Assembly (NCBI GenBank): GCA_964604155.1
Contig: CAZRXY010000105.1
Coordinates: forward strand, 3,123-67,122
Direction of reading: 5' to 3'
DNA length: 64,000 nucleotides
Source of the DNA: an uncultured Candidatus Cloacimonadota bacterium
GTDB taxonomy: Bacteria > Cloacimonadota > Cloacimonadia > Cloacimonadales > TCS61
Shown: positions 1 to 9,694 of the stretch, one piece after another
How positions within the stretch are numbered: position 1 is the first letter of the stretch
Layout: every line of letters begins with the position of its first letter
Position numbers and translations under genes: made by a program
Notes under the pieces: generated by a model
Told to the model about the DNA's origin: nothing
Databases searched by the model: none
What the model saw: the letters and a program-made list of their open reading frames with translations, nothing else

Positions 1-1501
1 CTACGCCCCAGATGAAGGCATTATATTCATAATCCGGCGGGTTCACAAACCAGTCCGGGTCTCTAGTGCCATTACTCATAGTACTCAGATTTTCGGCACT
101 TAAGGATTCTTCCTGCCTGAATGTGAATTCCCCTCTTGGCTCGGGATAATTAAATTGCTCGGGAGCTGTCATCTGCAGCATATAACCACCCAAAGGATAC
201 ATCGTGCCCAAGCTGCCAAACCAACCCATTCCTGTATAATGAATAGCACTCTGAGTCTGATTCTTGATATTACTGCCATTCTCAATTGAGCCCAAAGCAT
301 CGTTGATTGGCTCCGACGCCTGCGGTGCAAATGATATCCAGTTCCAGCCACTGGTCAAATTATAGGTAGTCTCTGCCAAATCTACCGGCACTCCGGTATA
401 TTCCCAGACTACCTGATTCTCTGCTTCCAGCTTGTAGAATGTGAGGTTATTCATTGCGCTCAAACTGCCAAACCAGCCCATTCCCTGATAATAGATGGCG
501 CTCTGAGTCTGACTCTTGATATTGGCTGCATTATTACCTAATGAGCTCAATACACTATTTATGCCCATATCATCTCCGAGCACGTTAAAAGAGAACCAGT
601 TCCAGCCTGCCACCATATTCTTGTTTACTTCTACTTCCTGAGGTCCACCCACAAATGTTACCACTCCGGGCTCAAGATTCAGCAGATTCGTGGAATTGTA
701 CCTAAAATAACCTAAATCCACGTCACTAAAGCCTTCCTCGCCGGCAGGCTCAAATCCCAAAGTACACAGAACCCCCTCTCCGGTTATGGGCATCACATTG
801 GCATAAGCTACCACTACTACCCCGGGGGAGGTTTCATTGGCAATCAGATTTCCCGGATTGGGTACGCTGCCTAAGGCATAACTGCCGCTATACGTCATCA
901 TGCTGCTGTCATATAATAATTCAAATTGAAAAGAGATTGCTCCCATCTCAGTAGTTAATTCGCTAGTTAATACCCCAAGTGCAAAAGGCTCCTCAATGCC
1001 CACTACAGGAGAATCTACCGTGATTACTACATCTGAAAATGGATTTGGTGCTACTACTATTACATTGCCATCTATCAGATTTTCCTCCTCAAGAAAGGTG
1101 GAATTGTATTTAAAATCGTAGATGTCTAATAGTGTCTCTCCAGCGGTTAAAGCACTGAATTCGATGATTACCAGATTGCCTGAACCTGAAATACTTTGAT
1201 AATTGGCATAAGCCGCCCTTAGTGTCCCCGGCTCAAATTCATTTGCAATAAGATTAGCTGGCGATGGCATATCCCCCAGCGTTATTCCTTCATACTGAAT
1301 TAATGAATTATCAAAACCTAAATCAAACTGGAATGCGATTACATCCCATTCTAATAATACCTCGGTAGTACTCACTGTTATCTGAAATGTATCGCCTTCT
1401 TCTACCATTGCCTCTGATACTGTGATCACAGTATTCTCAAACTGACCATAAATAAACATCATAGAAAACACCAGAAAACAAAAAACTAATATGCGTTTCA
1501 T
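1..1501 (-). CDS. Secreted protein, N-terminal 500 aa only (runs off the window edge): signal peptide, two cohesin-like modules, then two ~84-aa GWNW...QTQSAI.Y.GMGWFGSL repeats
   Basis: ATG at 1499-1501 is preceded by AGGAGG. In my own translation the frame stays open down to position 2; it is absent from the ORF track because it is edge-truncated. The N-terminus MKRILVFCFLVFSMMFIYG looks like a signal peptide. The pattern FQF(D/E)L.(F/Y)D....(Q/T)Y.G......P.NLIANE..PG....AYAN occurs twice. DNA repeat 212-271 matches 464-523. Confidence 0.75.
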   Translation of the reverse strand, partial: MKRILVFCFLVFSMMFIYGQFENTVITVSEAMVEEGDTFQITVSTTEVLLEWDVIAFQFDLGFDNSLIQYEGITLGDMPSPANLIANEFEPGTLRAAYANYQSISGSGNLVIIEFSALTAGETLLDIYDFKYNSTFLEEENLIDGNVIVVAPNPFSDVVITVDSPVVGIEEPFALGVLTSELTTEMGAISFQFELLYDSSMMTYSGSYALGSVPNPGNLIANETSPGVVVVAYANVMPITGEGVLCTLGFEPAGEEGFSDVDLGYFRYNSTNLLNLEPGVVTFVGGPQEVEVNKNMVAGWNWFSFNVLGDDMGINSVLSSLGNNAANIKSQTQSAIYYQGMGWFGSLSAMNNLTFYKLEAENQVVWEYTGVPVDLAETTYNLTSGWNWISFAPQASEPINDALGSIENGSNIKNQTQSAIHYTGMGWFGSLGTMYPLGGYMLQMTAPEQFNYPEPRGEFTFRQEESLSAENLSTMSNGTRDPDWFVNPPDYEYNAFIWGV

Positions 1502-1579
1502 GTGTCCCTCCTGTTAATTATTTTTTTTATTCTTTTTCATCTTTCCTTTTCCTTTTTGCGAGGCACCGTAATGCCTCCC

Positions 1580-1617
1580 AAAAAGAAAAATACCAGGGCG
1601 GATTGCTCCGCCCCGGT
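1580..1617 (-). terminator. Intrinsic terminator after the giant surface-protein gene
   Basis: The minus-strand RNA is ACCGGGGCGGA-GCAA-UCCGCCCUGGU: an 11-bp stem with one G.U pair and a GNRA loop. It is followed by AUUUUUCUUUUU, 13 nt downstream of the stop at 1630. Confidence 0.8.
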
Positions 1618-1629
1618 ATCCTTTTGCTC

Positions 1630-4600
1630 CTATTTGAGCATTATCATCTTGCGGGTCTCGTTCAAGTCACCTATCTTCACTTTGTAGAAATATACTCCGC
1701 TTGATACTGAGCGATTACTGTTGTCAGTTCCGCTCCATTCAAATGAATAATTTCCACTTGCTACTGTCTCATTAACCAGGCTCTTGACCAATTGTCCCTT
1801 AACGTTATAAATATTGATGCTTACTGGTGTGTTATTATCTTTTACTGCCAGCTTGATCATTGTTGTGGGATTGAAAGGATTCGGATAATTGCCAAATACT
1901 GCATTAGCTGCTATCACTCCACTTTCCAGATCCTCGACGTTGTAAGTAGTCTCTGTGCTGATGCCGTTGCAGGTCGTGATCAGGACAAATTCGCCACTGT
2001 CTTCCACAAGTTCATAAGGAATACGAAGGAATTCGCCACTGATTGCTTCTGCATTTGCCAATGCTACTGCATTGCCATTTACGGCATGAAGATAATCTAT
2101 CTCGGTTTCTTTGAAATTGAGCAATTCACTATCCGTGCTCACACTGAAACCATAAAGCTCTCCAGTTGCACTAAAGACAAGTTCTCCATTCTCTGAAGTC
2201 ATAACAACTTCTGCTGATGGTATGGCAGTTCTGGCTTCCACTGGGAATACATCTATCATACCCACAGCATACTGCAGAATAAGAGCTGCATCATAAGCTT
2301 CCGGCGTGCCATTGCCATCCACATCTCCGGCAATTAGTTCCCAGGTCCAAGGCAGGGGTGCCCCCACTGGATTCATTCCAACCGTGTATTGAAGTACATT
2401 AGCTGCATCAAAAGCATCTATCACTTCATCTCCAGTTACATCACCATAAAGATATGCCTGACCCACCGTCAAAGTTACCGGCACTACTACATCCGGGTTG
2501 TAAAGATCGTTACTCTCGATCACTATCTCACCCATCATCACATCTCCATCTATCAGCCCAGCGGCATCAAAATGAAGGTTATGAGCATCTGCTCCACCAC
2601 CTACGGGGATCAAACCACTCACAGCCATACTGCCGTCAAAGGTTACCCAGGGATTGATTGGAATGCTGTAATCCACTACAAGATATGGAGGATTAGCCTG
2701 ATTCCAGCCGTCTATCAAGGTGTAATATGAAGTTCCCATATCACGCGGAGAAGCTCCTACGGCAAACCAACCCTGAGAAAGTGCTGCTGCCAGATCCGCA
2801 TTAGCCGTGCCCACCAGATTATAAGCATGCCATCCCGGAGCAAAAGTACCTGTTTCATTATTAAATGAATAGGCTGATGCCTGGGGATTACCGGCTATTA
2901 TATGTGCCTGAAGTGCTGCTGCACCAGTAGTTAATGGATCAAGTAAACATGGAGTAAGCGACCAGTATGGCCAGTTTGTGTCATTCACATATACATTGCA
3001 TTCAATGCTGTTGATTATTGCTCCAGCAGGAATACCGGATACGTCAAACATCATCCAGCCGTTCTCTACATCAATTGCTCTCACATTGCTGTTGTCGGTG
3101 AAGTCGGTTGCATCCACTGATCCAGTCCAGTAAGCCTCATCTTGAGGATAAACTTCTACAATTGCTCTACCCTCATAATAGAATATCTCTGCAGAATAAT
3201 CCAGCTCCAGATCACCATCATTTCCAATAGTTAATGGGAAATCTGCTGTGCCGTCTGCTGCTACTATCACGTCAAACGCTTCTGGATTTACAGTTATATC
3301 CGGTGTAGGAATACTTCCGGTGATCTCCAGATCTGCTGCTACCACTGCACTCACCTCGCCATCGCCAAATACGATATTGGCATAATATGTCAGTCCAGGA
3401 AGCTCGATAGCGTTAAAGGTTGCTGTGATATCTACACTGGCACCCGGTGCCAGTGTACCATTATGTGGTGCTATGCTTAACCAGGTCTCTGTCGGGCATA
3501 ATTCATACATCGTTACTATATAGCTCGATTGATTCATCACACCGATCACAAATAAACCATCAGCATAGTCTGCTGAAGTAAAGGCTCCACCGGCTATATC
3601 TTCTCCGGGTACTCCATGATCCTCAAGTACATCATGGATAACGCCCGTCTCTGCACCAGTCTCTATATTATACTGAGCTATTACGCAGCCACTGCCACCC
3701 TGGCTGTAACCATACAGGTATGGTCCGCCTTCTGTGATATTGTCATAAGCCAATCCGTAGAAATCACCCCAGGTTCCGCAAGGGAAGCTGTCAAGTATAT
3801 TGCCCGTACGACTTACCAAGGTCACATCTGTGCTCCAGTCATTTACCCAGAAAGCATCATTATCGTCATCATAGGCAATTGCACGTACTGCTACCGGACT
3901 GATGATTGTCTCTACCAAAGTCTGGCTGCTAAAATCCATCTTCCAAAGATTCGTTCCGGCAGCTCCACCATAGAAATACTGACCGTCGTATGCCAGATCC
4001 CTGAGACCCGTTACACCCGGTATAGTAAAGGTTTCTATGAAGTTGCCATCTATGTCAAACTTGTTGATATCGGCTGAATTCCATGCTGCTGTATAGAAGT
4101 ATGTGCCGTCAAATTCGATGCCTGCCTGGCTGACTTGTGTTGTGGTAAAGGTTCCCACTATGTCCCAGATATCACGGGTCTGAGGTACTTCAAAGATTTG
4201 AGCTTCCGGGCTCAATTCTGCCCCAGCTCCCACCTTCTCTGCAGGCCTCGGAGTCATCTCACCCACATTAAAGCTGCCACGCGTCTGGATTGAACCATTC
4301 CAATAGAAATTACCATCTCCATTATTGGTCAAAGTAATATTGTGATCTGAGGTTAAACCATAATCCAATACCTCACTCAAAGAAGTAGGATTAACCGTAA
4401 CATCGGCTGTCCCCAGTTCTACTACTACGTGATTAGTCTCTGGAGATTCACCTTCATCATATACTGCTGTCACATAGTATTCATAAATCCCTGCTGCCAG
4501 ACCCAGATCGTCATACATCGTCTCGCCTACAGTTGCTATCACTTCATCATCGCGATATACGTTATACGTGCCTGTAAATTCACGTACTGTCTCACCAACA

Positions 4601-7600
4601 CCGGCTGAACCTAATTCCAGTCTCATATCCGTCTGAATCGGCTCCGGATTCCACGGCTGTGGACGAGCTAATACTACGTTCTCACCACGCTCTCCGGCTA
4701 TGCCACCCCAGATATTCCAGTTGTAATCCAAACCAAATCCACTCAGCGGATCCCAGGTAAGTCCATTATCCATAGTGATCATATCACCAAATCCGGCTAC
4801 GGCAGGTCCTGCATCACATCCGGCTGGATATTCTAAAGCTGCATGAGTTACTTCATAACCAATCCATAACTCTGTGCTGCCGTCAATCAGTACCGGAGTG
4901 TTAAATACGAAATTGTTCCAGTCAAGAGCAACAGGCGTAACTGTCTGCTGCAATAATACGTTAGCTGCATTAGGCCCACTCCATACATACAGAGTCATGG
5001 CACTTGGCAGATCATTTATATAAACCGTTACATTAGACAGCAATTCACCGGCAAATGGTGCCAGTTCGGCAGGAGTAAATCTCGCTGCCACGCTGAATGT
5101 GCCACCGTCTGTCAAGCCAATAGCATCAAAATTGATCATGTCATCCCAGTGCAGAATATCTGTCGGCGGGAAAAATGGTTCTGTCCATTCCAATCCCACA
5201 TTGTAGCCATCCACTGTTGCCGTCAGGTCCGTGGCAGGATTCATTATTATATCAAGACCAAAATCCTGTACTGTTACTACGTCTTCCAGAATTCCTACTC
5301 CGATAGCTAACTGACCTGTATATCCGGGAGCATTACACAATACATCATAAGTGCCCACTAATACTTCAGGAATAGAGTAATATCCGGCCGCATCTGTCGT
5401 GCCCTGATAATTTCCACAGATTACCGAGGCTCCAAATATCGGATCACCTGTAAAGTTATCGGTTACTGTCCCTTCCAGTCCACCAAATGCTATCGGACCC
5501 ACGATAAAGGGAAATTCACCATAGGTAGTATAATCATTGGATGCCCATTCTGCCAGAATCACGCCTTGCTTGCTTACTACACCGGCTATTCCACCATCTC
5601 CAAATGTATCCCAGCAATCCACTGAATAGTTGCCATCAGGCAGATCCTCAGATACTATCACCGTCTCACCACCTGTAGTAAATGTCCAGTCTGTACCCCA
5701 AACATAGCTGTTTGTCTGATAATCCCAAACATTCCAGGTTGCTTCAGTTGGCCAGGAATCTACCGTCATCTCAAAGACTACACCTGTCAAAGGAACAAGT
5801 GCCACATCCAATTGCACGTTCACATCTGCCAGCACTTCCACTCCCGTTTCTGTCCACGGATTGTAGCCTGTTGCAGAAAAACTTACATCATAAAATCCTG
5901 TCTGTAATCCTGTTATCGCATACCAGCCCGTGGCATCTGTTACTACCTGAACGCCACCTGCTGCCACATTAACTCCATTAATGCCGTTGCCTGTCTCACT
6001 ATCGGTCACGAAGCCTTCGATCCCACCAAATTCCGGCGGATCCATTACGTCAAAATGAACTTCAAAATAACCTGCTACGTTGTAACTGCTATAAGCTTCC
6101 ATTGCCACATAGTAGGTTCCAGGAGATAATATTACCACATAGCTTCCGTCATCCTGACCAATCCAGGGAGCCATCGAGCTGCCAGAAGGCCAGGTGCTGC
6201 AGCCATCATCATCATAAGCTACACGCGTGTAAGCATCATTATAAAGATTCATATATGTGTCAAACTCACTGCCACAACCATGAAGTTCTGCAGTTGCACC
6301 ATTAGGTAAATCTAATTGATAATAAACATCCTTACCTGAGGTTCCGCCTTCAAGTCCTGCTATTGTACTGTAATCCGTATAAGGCTCAATATCGCCACTC
6401 ATGAAGTACGGGAAAGCATCCACTATTATAGGATCCTCTATCGTGTCTCCAGTAGTATTAAAAACTTCCAGATCAAAATCTACCGTGGTGTTTACTCCCT
6501 CTTGCACTATCACGCCCGATACCAAGCCATTAAAGAATCCCGGTGCCGTTGCAAGTACATCGTAGGTGCCAGTCTCCACTACCATTTCGTAAGAACCATT
6601 CATATCGGTCGTGGTCGTGTATTCTCCGGCAGTTACTACCGCTCCTCCAATCGGAGCTCCATCGCCGTAAACTAATCCTTCGATCCCGCCAAATTCCGGT
6701 GGCTCATTAGCTTCTATAGCAATATCAAATGGTGTGAAATATGGTGTCGGCCATGTGGAAATAACTATATAATAGGTATTACCCATAGTCAATATCACTT
6801 CTTGCAGCATTGGATTACCAGCCCAACCGGTCGCCATAGCTACACATACAGCGTTAGGATCATCTACAAATCCCTGAACTACAAAAAGACCTGTATAGTT
6901 TAGTGTATTGGTCAAAGTAATATCTAAAGACATGTTTTCTGTTGGTGTAAATGAAAATACAAAATCATCGCCATTCATGTAATAGCTGCCACAAGCCATT
7001 GTGCCGTCATAATCATTGCCAAAACCCTCTGTAGTCATTCCTGTCCGATAAAAAGGTATGCTGTCAATGTAATAAGGATCAGCACAACTTGTTCCTGCTG
7101 TATCAAATACATCCAAATAAAAATCCACTGTCGCTGTCTGATCAAATACTACGGTTACTTCATCAGTCCCATTAAAATAACCATAATGTGATGCCGTAAC
7201 GGTAAATGTGCCTTCAAGCAGTACTTCTATTTCATAAAAGCCGGAAGCATCAGTTGTTCCAATAAAGTTTCCAACTGAAACCGTTGCACCTTCTAATGGA
7301 TCCAGAGTTACACTGTCATATACATGTCCATTCACGAACCCGCTCGGCATCACACCGTCATGATTCAAGATGATATTGGCAATTATCGCCTGCACTCCGG
7401 CTGCTCTCGATAAGGTCTTGCCTGTCTTGGCTGCTTCCATCTCGTTGTATTCTTCGCGATAGGTTCCCGTGGGAGGATCTGCAGGATCGGGATTAGTACT
7501 ATCACTATAGAAATAAATTGAGCGGTTCAAGTCCGTCGCCGTTCCGTAAAATTCATCCATACTACTGGTATAACCCGGAGTATTGGCATCAAAGGCGATC

Positions 7601-8001
7601 ACCAGATTATCCACTCCGTTATAAGCAAACTGTGTCTGAAGGTCTACTGTCACCCAGTGATCAAAATCCATCACCGTGAAACCACCAGCCCATACCTGCG
7701 TAAGCTCTTCGATCGGTATCCAGCTCGGATAATCCCCAAATTCGTCCTGTGTTGTGTGTCCCATATAAACCACACAATCCTCTACCCAGGCACTGTTTCC
7801 ATTATAGTGCCAGGCTACGTTCTCAATGTTCACTGCCCCACCTATCTCTTCCGCAGTATAGATCACCTGCGAATAGGTGTAGCCATAAAATGGTTCCATC
7901 GGTAAATGGGTGTCCACTAATGACCCATTACCAATCGGAATCGGGTCTGCTATCAATAATCCGATGCAGACCAGCATTAATGCAATAAGCAACTTTTTCA
8001 T
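1630..8001 (-). CDS. Giant (2123 aa) secreted adhesin-like protein with four CarboxypepD_reg-like modules alternating with PPC-like modules, a beta-propeller-like region, a dockerin-like module and a T9SS-type C-terminal sorting domain
   Basis: Track ORF 1630-8166. The likely true start is the internal ATG at 7999-8001 (MKKLLIALMLVCIGLLIADP signal peptide, AGGAGA RBS). Repeated (PPEF)GG(I/L)EG.V.D...G.P..GA.V......TTD..G.Y motifs. Dockerin-like GDVTGDEVIDAFDAANVLQY...GDVDGNGTPEAYDAALILQYAVG. The C-terminus FGNYPNPFNPTT...GVYFYKV...KMIMLK matches the T9SS type A / FlgD-Ig-like tail pattern. Confidence 0.9.
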   Translation of the reverse strand: MKKLLIALMLVCIGLLIADPIPIGNGSLVDTHLPMEPFYGYTYSQVIYTAEEIGGAVNIENVAWHYNGNSAWVEDCVVYMGHTTQDEFGDYPSWIPIEELTQVWAGGFTVMDFDHWVTVDLQTQFAYNGVDNLVIAFDANTPGYTSSMDEFYGTATDLNRSIYFYSDSTNPDPADPPTGTYREEYNEMEAAKTGKTLSRAAGVQAIIANIILNHDGVMPSGFVNGHVYDSVTLDPLEGATVSVGNFIGTTDASGFYEIEVLLEGTFTVTASHYGYFNGTDEVTVVFDQTATVDFYLDVFDTAGTSCADPYYIDSIPFYRTGMTTEGFGNDYDGTMACGSYYMNGDDFVFSFTPTENMSLDITLTNTLNYTGLFVVQGFVDDPNAVCVAMATGWAGNPMLQEVILTMGNTYYIVISTWPTPYFTPFDIAIEANEPPEFGGIEGLVYGDGAPIGGAVVTAGEYTTTTDMNGSYEMVVETGTYDVLATAPGFFNGLVSGVIVQEGVNTTVDFDLEVFNTTGDTIEDPIIVDAFPYFMSGDIEPYTDYSTIAGLEGGTSGKDVYYQLDLPNGATAELHGCGSEFDTYMNLYNDAYTRVAYDDDGCSTWPSGSSMAPWIGQDDGSYVVILSPGTYYVAMEAYSSYNVAGYFEVHFDVMDPPEFGGIEGFVTDSETGNGINGVNVAAGGVQVVTDATGWYAITGLQTGFYDVSFSATGYNPWTETGVEVLADVNVQLDVALVPLTGVVFEMTVDSWPTEATWNVWDYQTNSYVWGTDWTFTTGGETVIVSEDLPDGNYSVDCWDTFGDGGIAGVVSKQGVILAEWASNDYTTYGEFPFIVGPIAFGGLEGTVTDNFTGDPIFGASVICGNYQGTTDAAGYYSIPEVLVGTYDVLCNAPGYTGQLAIGVGILEDVVTVQDFGLDIIMNPATDLTATVDGYNVGLEWTEPFFPPTDILHWDDMINFDAIGLTDGGTFSVAARFTPAELAPFAGELLSNVTVYINDLPSAMTLYVWSGPNAANVLLQQTVTPVALDWNNFVFNTPVLIDGSTELWIGYEVTHAALEYPAGCDAGPAVAGFGDMITMDNGLTWDPLSGFGLDYNWNIWGGIAGERGENVVLARPQPWNPEPIQTDMRLELGSAGVGETVREFTGTYNVYRDDEVIATVGETMYDDLGLAAGIYEYYVTAVYDEGESPETNHVVVELGTADVTVNPTSLSEVLDYGLTSDHNITLTNNGDGNFYWNGSIQTRGSFNVGEMTPRPAEKVGAGAELSPEAQIFEVPQTRDIWDIVGTFTTTQVSQAGIEFDGTYFYTAAWNSADINKFDIDGNFIETFTIPGVTGLRDLAYDGQYFYGGAAGTNLWKMDFSSQTLVETIISPVAVRAIAYDDDNDAFWVNDWSTDVTLVSRTGNILDSFPCGTWGDFYGLAYDNITEGGPYLYGYSQGGSGCVIAQYNIETGAETGVIHDVLEDHGVPGEDIAGGAFTSADYADGLFVIGVMNQSSYIVTMYELCPTETWLSIAPHNGTLAPGASVDITATFNAIELPGLTYYANIVFGDGEVSAVVAADLEITGSIPTPDITVNPEAFDVIVAADGTADFPLTIGNDGDLELDYSAEIFYYEGRAIVEVYPQDEAYWTGSVDATDFTDNSNVRAIDVENGWMMFDVSGIPAGAIINSIECNVYVNDTNWPYWSLTPCLLDPLTTGAAALQAHIIAGNPQASAYSFNNETGTFAPGWHAYNLVGTANADLAAALSQGWFAVGASPRDMGTSYYTLIDGWNQANPPYLVVDYSIPINPWVTFDGSMAVSGLIPVGGGADAHNLHFDAAGLIDGDVMMGEIVIESNDLYNPDVVVPVTLTVGQAYLYGDVTGDEVIDAFDAANVLQYTVGMNPVGAPLPWTWELIAGDVDGNGTPEAYDAALILQYAVGMIDVFPVEARTAIPSAEVVMTSENGELVFSATGELYGFSVSTDSELLNFKETEIDYLHAVNGNAVALANAEAISGEFLRIPYELVEDSGEFVLITTCNGISTETTYNVEDLESGVIAANAVFGNYPNPFNPTTMIKLAVKDNNTPVSINIYNVKGQLVKSLVNETVASGNYSFEWSGTDNSNRSVSSGVYFYKVKIGDLNETRKMIMLK

Positions 8002-8201
8002 AAAGTCTCTCCTTTGAATTTTAAAAATTAACTTCTTAATCAAATCGTTTTCCTTTTCCGAGGATGCGAAACGGCTGCCCACATCCATCCTCCCTGCGAT
8101 AGTGGCGGTTTGCTCTTGTCTTTCTCTTCGACTCTTCTTAATTTGGATATTCTCTTTCATTATCAATCTTCTTCTTGCTTACTCCTCATGGCTTTTTCCC
8201 A

Positions 8202-8405
8202 TTAATCCCTAAATCCAAACGGCTCCTCGCCGTCATCAATCCATATGACACTTTTTCCCTCTTGAAAAAAATCTGTCAAATAATTATTCTCTCTCTCTCC
8301 AATATTTTTATGCAACGATGCTAAACTGAATTGTTCGGTAAATGCTAAGGAAAAAAACACTTCCCTGCTAAACACTGCTTCTCTGATCTTCCTAGTTAAC
8401 ATCAT
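8202..8405 (-). CDS. Possible small hypothetical protein (67 aa)
   Basis: An ORF on the same strand as its neighbours, with a balanced amino-acid composition. It has no clear RBS and no recognisable motif. Confidence 0.25.
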   Translation of the reverse strand: MMLTRKIREAVFSREVFFSLAFTEQFSLASLHKNIGERENNYLTDFFQEGKSVIWIDDGEEPFGFRD

Positions 8406-8589
8406 AATTACCCTGTCCCTAATACTTTATGACTTTTTTCCAGTCTCATCCCGCCGGCAACCAATCCACCTGTTATCTCTCATGCCGCCGCGCCAGCTCT
8501 TTCTCAGATTAATTCACTGTGTTTTCTCTTCTCCCAATAGAACTTCTTACCCTCACAATAACTCTGACCCAAATGTGAACTTTACCTTT

Positions 8590-9660
8590 TTATCTGTCAA
8601 TAACTTTTCCTTGTAAAGTTAATCTATTTTTTACCCGCGTCGGACAATTAGTTGTCACTGTGATATAACGTATAAAATCTCCCGTTGACCTGGAAAGATT
8701 GATCTTCAATACTATCTCACCTTCATTTCCAGGACTCACTTTCGCATCATAATCCAATATCGTCACAAAACTTGCCATCCTGATATCTCTTATATGAAGA
8801 TCGCTGCCACCTGTATTCTCAAATCGGAACCGGCTGATTACTTCCTCATCCCCAGAACTCTCACCAAAATCTGCGACTGTAGAAAAAAACCTGATCTGGG
8901 GTGCTCGTGACTTCTCCTCATTAGTCCACGCTCCAAAATCCTCCTCCTGATTGTAGGTGATTATTAATCCACCCATCGTGACCGTGGGATTATTATTGTC
9001 ATAAAATTTCACCCGCTCCCGGTTAAAACCATACTTCCCCCCTTTATCTCCCTTCACTTTCGCATAGATAACTGCCGTCTCACCCGGCAATAAAGGATTA
9101 TCGCTGATACTCAATTCCACATTCTCTATCTCCATAAAATCCTCTATTACAAGATCCATCTCCCTCTCACCCGAGTTTAATATCAGTATCGAATCAATTC
9201 TTGTCTCCGTATCCAAGATGTACTCAAAATTAAATTCCGCCCTGTTCAACCGCAATTCACCCACTTTCTTACGCAATTTCTGCGGATCAGGAAGGATGAA
9301 ACCACGCACCCGCAACGTTACTTCCGAAGGTTTGCCACTCGTCTGAACCCTCACCGACTTGCGGAATACCTTGCTCCTGTTTGACGGATCAAAAACCAGT
9401 ACTACATAACCCCGCTCTCCAGGCATGATCTCTCCAGTTGACCAACTGGATGTCGTGCAGCCTCACGAAGCATGGACATCGATCAATTTCAGCGGCTCAT
9501 CTCCCGTATTACTGAACTCAAAACGATATTCCACTTCCCCATCCTTCTCGTATATCTCCCCAAAATCATACTCCAGCAAGTCCGGCGTAAATTCCGCTAC
9601 ACCACATAAAATCAGACAGTAAAACAGAATACTTAATACTAACAGTATCTTCAATTTCAT
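8590..9660 (-). CDS. Secreted DUF1573-type protein (356 codons) read through one in-frame TGA at 9463-9465; candidate selenoprotein, alternatively a nonsense-disrupted pseudogene
   Basis: Track ORFs 9463-9660 and 8590-9426 share one frame. Joined, the sequence reads ...YDFGEIYEKDGEVEYRFEFSNTGDEPLKLIDVHAS-TGA-GCTTSSWSTGEIMPGERGYVVLVFDP, matching the DUF1573 F.F..NtG..PL.I..v..SCGCT box with TGA at the first Cys. Signal peptide MKLKILLVLSILFYCLILCG. GAGGTG RBS upstream of 9660. Confidence 0.6.
9434..9449 (-). promoter_or_regulatory. SECIS-like hairpin CCAGUU-GGUC-AACUGG downstream of the in-frame UGA
   Basis: A perfect 6-bp stem with a 4-nt GGUC loop. The loop occupies mRNA positions 23-26, counting the U of UGA as 1. 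The E. coli fdhF SECIS has a GGUC loop at positions 22-25. Confidence 0.5.
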
Positions 9661-9694
9661 CTCGCAATCACCTCGCTATTTTTTTGCCGCAATC

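Noticed and set aside
1792-7988. Numerous 60-150-aa + strand ORFs antisense to the giant gene (1792-2196, 3616-4077, 5682-5972 and others).
   Set aside because: They lie entirely within a 6.4-kb coding region on the other strand and have low-complexity, Cys/His/Ser-rich compositions typical of antisense frames.
8002-8166. 55-codon N-terminal extension of the giant ORF (MIMKENIQIKKSRRERQ...).
   Set aside because: The signal peptide and a good AGGAGA RBS sit at the internal ATG 7999-8001. The extension is highly charged and lies upstream of the RBS.
9463-9465. The TGA could indicate genome-wide stop-codon reassignment (code 4 or 25).
   Set aside because: TGA terminates other well-defined genes at the expected protein ends (for example 42319-42321 and 24179-24181), and the long ORFs are not fragmented. 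Only this single site looks recoded.
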